Shown here: positions 57,833 to 64,000 of the stretch, in pieces
How the letters are laid out: every line of letters starts with the position of its first letter
Position numbering within the stretch: position 1 is the stretch's first letter
NCBI GenBank assembly: GCA_016196115.1
Contig: JACPYI010000023.1
Coordinates: 1,348-65,347, forward strand
Length of the DNA stretch: 64,000 nucleotides
From: Candidatus Sungiibacteriota bacterium
Lineage (GTDB): Bacteria; Patescibacteriota; Minisyncoccia; Sungbacterales; HO2-52-23
Direction of reading: 5' to 3'
Translations under genes and position numbers: made by a program
The notes under the pieces: generated by a model
Seen by the model: only the letters and a program-made list of their open reading frames with translations
Told to the model about the DNA's origin: nothing
The model's database searches: none

Positions 57833-60800
57833 TTACTGCGATGACAAGCTCTCCTGGGTTGTCCCAAGTGCGGGCAGACCCATAACCTGATACCCGTTGG
57901 TAAAGTCAAGATCCTGAATCGTGTTCTGCGTCGTGGTGGAGATCGGCGACCAGATGAACTGGTTGTTCGTATCCGCATCAACCGAACTCGTTACTGCCGC
58001 GCCGCTTGCCGCTCCGGGAGCCGGGGCTCCTGCCTTTGACATCAGCGTTGCCGTGTTCACCGGATATGCCGCGCTACCATTCAAGTTAACCGTAATGGTA
58101 TCCTTGCTGGTGGTAATCGTAGACACATTGGCCGCAGTTGCGCGAAGCTGGAAGTACCGGGTCAAGCCGTTGGGCACGATATAGGTCGTGGTTGCCGTGC
58201 TGTTGCACGAGGTCTTGTCAGGATAGATGGAGACCGTCTGCGGACCGGCTGCCGTTGAGGAACGTCCATTAAAGCACGTGCCTGCGTTGATCAAACCAGT
58301 CGAGGAGAATGTCGAATCAATGATCGAGAATCCGGAATCGGTGAAGGCATACAGCGCATACGCGGAGGTTGTTGCAACACTGCCAGAGAGCGTGGATGAA
58401 CCGATCGCAAACTGGAACTTATAAAACGCCACATCGCCGCTCTTTGCCTGAACGCTGAACTTGTAGAGAATATTGTTCGCCTTGCTGGTGAGAATTTTCT
58501 CCGTGGAAGTCAATGGAATGTAGGTGACAATCGGATATGACCTCATGATCCTCACGCCGGCTGAACTGTTGTTGGCGCTGCTGCCTGTCGGGGTGATCGT
58601 GGCGCCCGATGCGACTCCGGTGCCGTAGGTGCCGGTCAAGCCCGTGTTCACTGTGTCGTAGTCAACAATCAGGTTATCTCCGGATCTGGTCAGGTTTGCA
58701 GTCGGACCGATTGCGGACATATCGCCCTTGATGACCAAGGTCTTTGATCCACCCTTCGGTACGCGGAATGCGCCAGACGTAATCAAGGATGAAGTTGCAT
58801 TGCCCGTGGAGTTGATGACCGCGGTACCGACCGCTACCATAGTATCTGCGTCGTACAGCGTCACCATGTTGTTCACCAGGTCATTCTGGGTGTTGGAAGC
58901 CGTGCCGGTCAGTTTCAAGGCGATCTGCTTGACGTCAATGTCTTCGTTGAGCGCGCTGAATTTGGTCCGTCCAAGCTCAACCCCGGTGGTGCCTGCCGCA
59001 ACAATCACGTAGCCGGGACTGTTGGTGTCAAGTACTGCCGAGAGAGACCCGCCGGATGATGCCGTCATCTGCTGACCCGCTGCCGTAGTAACTGTTTCCG
59101 AAATGGTCTGTCCGCTGCCAAGACCGGTTACTCCGGTCCAGCTGTTGGAAGATCCGCCTTGGAGGTTGTCAATACCCCACTGGTACACTCCGGTTGATCC
59201 GCTTCGCACATCGCACTTCATTGAGAGCGTCTTTGAGGCGCCTTTGGACAGCACCAAACCGGTTCCGTCAAAGGTAATGCTCGTTGAAGATGCAGTATCC
59301 GTGGACGCCGGATTTTTCTTGGTGTTGGTATTGAGCGACGTTGCCCCGTCGTACAACTGGCAGTTGGTCAGATCGTTTCTGTTACCCGATACCGCGTTGA
59401 AGTAGAGCGGGACAGATGATACACGCACATCTTCTCCGGATGCGGTCGTGTCAAAGTTGTACCTGGCAAACTCAAACTGAAGCGCTCCTGCGATTACGGT
59501 CTGCGCAACCGGTACGCTTTGCACGCTTACCGTGAGCGCACCCGTCTTTACCGTCATGGTGTTCATCGAGATTGCCGCTGCCGGTGATGGGGTAATGGAA
59601 TTGCCGCTGTTCTGACCTTTTGCTGATGCAAAGTCAGCGCTCGGCGTGGTTGATGCCTGGATTGTCGTGTTGTTGAGCAGATCAGATCCTACCCTGCCCT
59701 TGAGGGTATAGGTATGAAGACCAACCGGAAACGTAATACTCGTTGAGAAGACGAATACACCATTGGACGCTCCAGTTGTGTCGGTGGTATCTACTGCGCC
59801 TCCGTCAACCGGACCCGCAATCACGCTGCCATTCTCATCAACCAAGGTTACGTTGGTAAGGTCATTGACGCACGGGTTACTTGCAACCGCATCGCTGGCC
59901 ACACAACTATAGGCAGCGCCAGCGGGACGAACCAAAGCAACATTGAATGCTACTTTGTTTACGGTGATGGGCTCACCCCTTACATCAGCGGTAAATGCTC
60001 CCAATGGTACGTTTGGCACGTTGACCGCAATATTCTGTGCCGCCACCGAATTTGAGGAGCTGATGCTGATCGTGCCTGCCGATACGGTTACGGTACCGCC
60101 GGCATACCACGGATCCTCGCTTGAGGTGAAGTTCGGGCTGGTATGATCGGCAGCAGCCGTACCGGTTTGCGGAGGCAAGATGCCGAATCCGTAGGTCTGG
60201 CCATTTACGCCAATGTCAATTTTCTTTGCGATGTCAAAGATAACGGTACGGCCTGATCCGCCGGTAATATCGCCTTTAATCGATAGCTCCTTTGAGAATC
60301 CTTTATCAACCAGAATCCCCTGGCCGCTGTTATCGGTGAAGGTCGTGACATAATACTTGCCGTCCGAGCTGACAACCGTATCATAGGCGGTTCCGTCTAC
60401 ATATGTCTTGATATTTGCGAGGTCACCCGAGGCAACCGATCCGGTCTGATTCCAGCGGATGTACTTCAGATATACCTTTTCTGCAGATCCTGCAGTTAAG
60501 CGGATTGCCGAAAATGTATAGCCAAGCTGGCCGATGTTTTTCGTTACTGCCACGCCCGGATCAGTTGATCCGCGCTGCATGGTAACGGTGCCGATCGAAA
60601 CCGTGCTGTTATAGGTCTGGCCGTTGCCCACCAGCGGCGCTGTCGCAGAAACACCCGTTACTGCAGTGGTTCCTGCGTTCACGCCCACAAGAGCAAGCTG
60701 GATAACCTGACCGTTATAGGTACTGACTGCCGCGGTCATGTTGCCCGCAATGGTTAGTGTTCGTGTTGTTCCGGCCGCTACTTTCACCGGTTCATTCAAC

Positions 60801-61591
60801 AATACCTGATGAAGGGAGTTCAAGGTCTTGGAAAGACCGAGCTGCGCTCCGTTCTCATCCAGCAAGACCACGCTGTCAAGCGCCGCATCGTTGGACGGGC
60901 CCTTGCGTTCTGCCGTAAAACCGGTAATCATCACATCCCCGTCTGCCGATGCGGTAAACTTCACCCGCGTAAACGGTACACGGGCAGCTCCGCCCGGAGC
61001 AAGATTTGCCACTGGCTGATTCGCATCAAGCATAACCGTCAGCCCTGATGCTACCGGTGCCGCTGGTGTTGCTGGGGTGCCCGGCGTTGCCGGAGTTGCA
61101 GGTGTTACCGGAGTTGCTGGGGTGCCCGGCGTTGCCGGAGTTGCAGGTGTTGCAGCTACCTGCGAGCTGTATGCTGCGCGGGATTTTAGTCCGAAGTATC
61201 CGGATGTCGGGGAAACGCCGGCTGCTCTCTGCCATGCCACTACCCCGGCTTTGGTTAACGAGCCAAAATACCCGGTTGCAGTCACATTCAGGTATCCTCC
61301 TTCGATCAGAGCATTCTGAAGGCATGTGACATCATCCCCCCTTGACCCAACTTTGAGATTCCGGGCAAAGGTGCACCCGCCTGTTGCTGACGCTACGGCC
61401 GTTGAGCCGCCGTGCAGCGCATTGATCTGCGCCTGGAGCGCTGCGATCTGCGCCATCAACGAGTCAATGCTTGATGTCTGCGCGACTGCAGCCAACGGAA
61501 CAATGATCGCCGCTCCGGAAATCGTGATGGCTGTTGCCAGTGCCGCAACTTTCTTAAAACGACCGCCACCACTTAAGGGTAATATATTCAT
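57833..61591 (-). CDS. Large secreted cell-surface protein: signal peptide, peptidoglycan-binding domain, Thr-Pro-Ala repeat linker, then about 1000 aa of beta-rich (Ig-like) repeats
   Basis: Start MNILPLSGGG...; signal/anchor AALATAITISGAAIIVPLAAVA; PG_binding_1-like LKVGSRGDDVTCLQNALIEGGYL...GYFGSLTKAGVVAWQ; TPATPATPGTPATPVTPATPATPGTPATPAAP linker; Thr/Ser/Gly/Val-rich remainder. Confidence 0.8.
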   Translation of the reverse strand: MNILPLSGGGRFKKVAALATAITISGAAIIVPLAAVAQTSSIDSLMAQIAALQAQINALHGGSTAVASATGGCTFARNLKVGSRGDDVTCLQNALIEGGYLNVTATGYFGSLTKAGVVAWQRAAGVSPTSGYFGLKSRAAYSSQVAATPATPATPGTPATPVTPATPATPGTPATPAAPVASGLTVMLDANQPVANLAPGGAARVPFTRVKFTASADGDVMITGFTAERKGPSNDAALDSVVLLDENGAQLGLSKTLNSLHQVLLNEPVKVAAGTTRTLTIAGNMTAAVSTYNGQVIQLALVGVNAGTTAVTGVSATAPLVGNGQTYNSTVSIGTVTMQRGSTDPGVAVTKNIGQLGYTFSAIRLTAGSAEKVYLKYIRWNQTGSVASGDLANIKTYVDGTAYDTVVSSDGKYYVTTFTDNSGQGILVDKGFSKELSIKGDITGGSGRTVIFDIAKKIDIGVNGQTYGFGILPPQTGTAAADHTSPNFTSSEDPWYAGGTVTVSAGTISISSSNSVAAQNIAVNVPNVPLGAFTADVRGEPITVNKVAFNVALVRPAGAAYSCVASDAVASNPCVNDLTNVTLVDENGSVIAGPVDGGAVDTTDTTGASNGVFVFSTSITFPVGLHTYTLKGRVGSDLLNNTTIQASTTPSADFASAKGQNSGNSITPSPAAAISMNTMTVKTGALTVSVQSVPVAQTVIAGALQFEFARYNFDTTASGEDVRVSSVPLYFNAVSGNRNDLTNCQLYDGATSLNTNTKKNPASTDTASSTSITFDGTGLVLSKGASKTLSMKCDVRSGSTGVYQWGIDNLQGGSSNSWTGVTGLGSGQTISETVTTAAGQQMTASSGGSLSAVLDTNSPGYVIVAAGTTGVELGRTKFSALNEDIDVKQIALKLTGTASNTQNDLVNNMVTLYDADTMVAVGTAVINSTGNATSSLITSGAFRVPKGGSKTLVIKGDMSAIGPTANLTRSGDNLIVDYDTVNTGLTGTYGTGVASGATITPTGSSANNSSAGVRIMRSYPIVTYIPLTSTEKILTSKANNILYKFSVQAKSGDVAFYKFQFAIGSSTLSGSVATTSAYALYAFTDSGFSIIDSTFSSTGLINAGTCFNGRSSTAAGPQTVSIYPDKTSCNSTATTTYIVPNGLTRYFQLRATAANVSTITTSKDTITVNLNGSAAYPVNTATLMSKAGAPAPGAASGAAVTSSVDADTNNQFIWSPISTTTQNTIQDLDFTNGYQVMGLPALGTTQESLSSQ
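61060..61150. repeat. Tandem DNA repeats of about 39-45 bp encoding the (T-P-A/G) linker of the surface protein
   Basis: gttgctggggtgcccggcgttgccggagttgcaggtgtt occurs twice in tandem with partial flanking copies. Confidence 0.7.
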
Positions 61592-62098
61592 AATGTTTTT
61601 AATGTTTTTATTACTCACCGAAAATTTTCTGAACGCCTCACTTCTTACCCTTGTCGACGAACCGGGTAAGTAAAAGGCGTATTTTGATTTGAATAAATAA
61701 TGAAGAAGAATGCTTATGAAGCTCAAGTTCCCCTCATCCGTACCCCGCTTTCTGATATCTGACTTCTGATATCCGACATCAGAAAGCGGAGCACGGGCTT
61801 AAGGAGATCGACCGAATCTTGAAACTCCACGTGTAAAGAAACCTTCAAACTATGTTCAATATCGCACATCATTCTTTCAATTGTCAACGTCCTCTCCCAT
61901 CAGAAATAATCAGGGATCCCACATACGTTATAGCATAAGTATACTGTTCTCGCAAGAACACGCAAGTACACTTATCCACATCATGTATAGTATAGAACTG
62001 CCTGCACTGTTACACAAGTACCCCCCTGTGGATAACCGTGCCTAGTAACTAATACGCCAGCTTTTCAAGCATAGTTGCACAACATGGGCCAGCATACA

Positions 62099-62971
62099 CT
62101 ATATATCGAGTTTTTTCAAGTACCGCCGAAATTGTCGGCCAATCTCGCGATGCTTAAGCCCGACCCGCACCACTGCCTTGGCAAACCCGAGTTTTTCACC
62201 GCAGTCATAGAGCACTCCCTCATATTCATAGCCATACATCTCTCCTCCTTGTTTCAGATAGAGCTGGAAGGCGCCGGTCGCAAAAAGCTCTCCTCCGGGA
62301 CCCGGTTTCATAACGGCAAGGAGATCGAGCACCTCCGGAGTATAGATATATTTGCCGCGCGAGACAAGATTGGACGGGGCCTCCTCGATCTTTGGCTTCT
62401 CAATCATATCGGTCACCCTATATGTCCGATTGGAAATCTTCTGTACCCCCACAATACCATATCTTGAGACCATTTTTCTTGGAACCCGGTCAAGAGCAAG
62501 CACGGGTTTTTGATAGGTACCAAAAACATGCATCAATTGTTTCAGACACGGAACTTTAGCGTCAACCACGTCATCTTCGTATAGGACAGCGACCGGCTCG
62601 TCATGTCCGATAAGATGCCGCGCCTGCAACACGGCATGTCCTGGCCCGAGCGGTTCGCTTTCACGGACATACGTAAACCTGGCAAGCGACGAGATGGCGC
62701 GTATGCGGTCTGCAAGTTCGCTTCTCCCCCGATTGCGGAGAAAATACTCAAGCTCCGGAGAATAATCAAAATGGTCCTCTATGGCTCTTTTTCCCCGGCC
62801 TGTCACAAAAATTATGTCAGTGATACCGGAAGCAACCGCTTCTTCGACCAGAAACTGTATGACCGGCTTATCGATCAGAGGCAGCATGGCCTTTGGCTGC
62901 GCTTTGGTGGCAGGAAGGAATCGCGTGCCAAGGCCGGCAACCGGAATAATGACTTTGGTAAGAGGTCTCAT
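62099..62971 (-). CDS. galU: UTP--glucose-1-phosphate uridylyltransferase
   Basis: KVIIPVAGLGTRFLPATKAQPKAMLPLIDKPVIQFLVEEA and VEKP motifs; canonical GalU length. Confidence 0.85.
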   Translation of the reverse strand: MRPLTKVIIPVAGLGTRFLPATKAQPKAMLPLIDKPVIQFLVEEAVASGITDIIFVTGRGKRAIEDHFDYSPELEYFLRNRGRSELADRIRAISSLARFTYVRESEPLGPGHAVLQARHLIGHDEPVAVLYEDDVVDAKVPCLKQLMHVFGTYQKPVLALDRVPRKMVSRYGIVGVQKISNRTYRVTDMIEKPKIEEAPSNLVSRGKYIYTPEVLDLLAVMKPGPGGELFATGAFQLYLKQGGEMYGYEYEGVLYDCGEKLGFAKAVVRVGLKHREIGRQFRRYLKKLDI

Positions 62972-63558
62972 AGTAAGGAGTAACTGGTCCAGCGCTTTCG
63001 GCCGTCTTTTTTGAGAATATTCTTTTGCACCAGATCGTGCAAATCGCGCTGGATGGTTTTGGCGCTTACGCCGGTGAGTAAGGCGTAAAAATCGCTGATT
63101 TTCGCCTGTGACACTTTTTCCACAAACGTAAGTATCTTTTTCTGGCGATCCGTCATACGAGCATCTTCGCCGGCAATACGCAGTTTGGTTTTGTTTCCGG
63201 AAACATCCTGCTCTTGTTCATCATACGAAACATGATTCCCGGTAAGTTCCTGCCTGAAAAAATGTTCAAGAAATTCATACTCGCGCTCAAGAATCGTCAG
63301 ATTGATCGGCCGGACAAACCGCATGGAGCGGCTCACGCGCAAATACCCCTTGATGGTCTCAACCCTGCCAAGTAACGTGAGTGTCTCCTGCTCGTGGCGG
63401 TCGGTATATCCGTATTCAGTCACGCAACCAAAAATCTCATTGGCCTTCTCGCGCAGCTGGCGCTTGAGCGCCTCCCCCTGCGGAAAAAAATCAGTCACGC
63501 GATAGAGCGCCAAGGTCAGCTCAAATGTTTTTCGATGCAATTCTTGCGAGGTCTTCAT
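62968..63558 (-). CDS. Putative transcriptional regulator: N-terminal four-helix-bundle domain plus C-terminal DeoR-type HTH
   Basis: C-terminal ILTFVEKVSQAKISDFYALLTGVSAKTIQRDLHDLVQKNIL (DeoR-like HTH). ATGA overlap with galU. Confidence 0.55.
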   Translation of the reverse strand: MKTSQELHRKTFELTLALYRVTDFFPQGEALKRQLREKANEIFGCVTEYGYTDRHEQETLTLLGRVETIKGYLRVSRSMRFVRPINLTILEREYEFLEHFFRQELTGNHVSYDEQEQDVSGNKTKLRIAGEDARMTDRQKKILTFVEKVSQAKISDFYALLTGVSAKTIQRDLHDLVQKNILKKDGRKRWTSYSLL

Positions 63559-63646
63559 GGTATACTGCTTGTCATACCAATAACTTCCCCGACTGTCAAT
63601 TTTCGTTTTTGCGAATGAGATATAAATTTGTTAAAGTACCCATAAG

Positions 63647-63738
63647 ATTCCCGCTACTTTTGTCATTCCCGCGAAAGCGGGAATCCAGCATGCTCATGGG
63701 GTAGGCAATTCTGGATTCCCGATCAAGTCGGGAATGAC
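63647..63738. repeat. Intergenic composite palindromic repeat element (ATTCCCGC-GAAA-GCGGGAAT and ATTCCCGA-TCAAG-TCGGGAAT) plus an extra ATTCCCGC half-site
   Basis: gtcATTCCCGCgaaaGCGGGAATccag (63662-63688), ctggATTCCCGAtcaagTCGGGAATgac (63711-63738) and attcccgc at 63647-63654. Same element family as 55054..55120. Confidence 0.8.
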
Positions 63739-63750
63739 GGAAAACAAACT

Positions 63751-64000
63751 ATGAAAAAAGAAACTCTGCCGCAAAAACAAAACCGCGCTAAAAATATTTT
63801 TACTCGACTCAAGCGGATATACCCGCAGGCCGGCATGATTCTCCGATTTTCCAACCCGTGGGAGCTTTTGGTCGCCGTGATCCTCTCGGCACAGTGCACC
63901 GACAAAAAAGTGAATGAGGTCACGGAAAAACTTTTCAAAAAATACCGCATGCTCGACGATTACATCCGAGCGTCAGCCAGCGAACGCGCAGAAAAAGAAT
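63751..64000 (+). CDS. nth: Endonuclease III (Nth), N-terminal part; gene continues beyond the window end
   Basis: Translation from ATG 63751: MKKETLPQKQNRAKNIFTRLKRIYPQAGMILRFSNPWELLVAVILSAQCTDKKVNEVTEKLFKKY..., the canonical Nth N-terminus (NPFELL[IV]A.ILSAQ.TD). Confidence 0.7.
   Translation, partial: MKKETLPQKQNRAKNIFTRLKRIYPQAGMILRFSNPWELLVAVILSAQCTDKKVNEVTEKLFKKYRMLDDYIRASASERAEKE

Noticed and set aside
61077-61319. + strand ORF reading MPGVAGVAGVTGVAGVPGVAG..., which looks collagen-like
   Set aside because: It is the antisense reading of the tandem Thr-Pro-Ala linker repeats of the surface protein. The periodicity is an artefact of the repeat.
1-64000. CRISPR array or cas genes
   Set aside because: No regularly spaced direct repeats of 24-48 bp with unique spacers were seen. 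The only recurring short repeats are the palindromic ATTCCC...GGGAAT elements and the linker-coding tandem repeats.

Overview
This 64 kb window is almost entirely one large cell-envelope glycan and surface-protein locus, about 55% GC. The gene content resembles a CPR/Patescibacteria-type genome, but that is an inference from gene content only. All calls below come from reading the six-frame ORF translations against well-known family motifs. No tRNA, rRNA or CRISPR array was seen.

What the window contains:
- Nucleotide-sugar enzymes: GDP-mannose 4,6-dehydratase (gmd) and GDP-fucose synthase (fcl), two RmlB-like dehydratases flanking an RmlA-like nucleotidyltransferase, GalU, a UDP-sugar dehydrogenase, an AsnB amidotransferase and several SDR epimerases.
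- At least 15 glycosyltransferases: GT2, GT4, two GT11 fucosyltransferase-like genes, two GT-C membrane transferases, an ArnC/GtrB-like polyprenyl-phosphate GT2, a GT4-GtrA fusion and a tandem GT4 fusion.
- Nine methyltransferases: three FkbM-type and six class I.
- A Wzm/Wzt ABC exporter whose Wzt carries a C-terminal extension.
- A 1252-aa secreted surface protein with a peptidoglycan-binding domain and a Thr-Pro-Ala repeat linker, plus a PKD-domain protein and a TPR protein.

The most unusual unit is a ten-gene, co-directional, translationally coupled operon at 26101..35622 on the minus strand. Its genes, in transcription order, are an aminotransferase, an ALS-like TPP enzyme, an SDR epimerase, a holo-ACP synthase, an FkbH-like HAD-IIIC loader, a stand-alone carrier protein, a MaoC dehydratase, an SDR reductase, an AlgI/DltB-type MBOAT and an AlgJ/AlgX/DltD-like protein. 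I read it as a candidate undescribed, carrier-protein-dependent system that O-acylates a polymer in the cell envelope. It has Dlt-like logic, but an FkbH-type glyceryl loader stands in for an adenylating ligase.

Other points worth noting:
- A composite dRS3/RPE-like palindromic element (ATTCCC-N8-GGGAAT type) occurs twice in opposite orientation. One copy lies in-frame inside a glycosyltransferase gene (55054..55120). The other is intergenic (63647..63738).
- A roughly 64 bp palindrome that carries two TATAAT boxes lies in a divergent promoter region (46621..46690).
- A small island of phosphoesterase genes (9421..13542) interrupts the glycan genes. It includes an internally deleted HAD gene fragment and a strong terminator.
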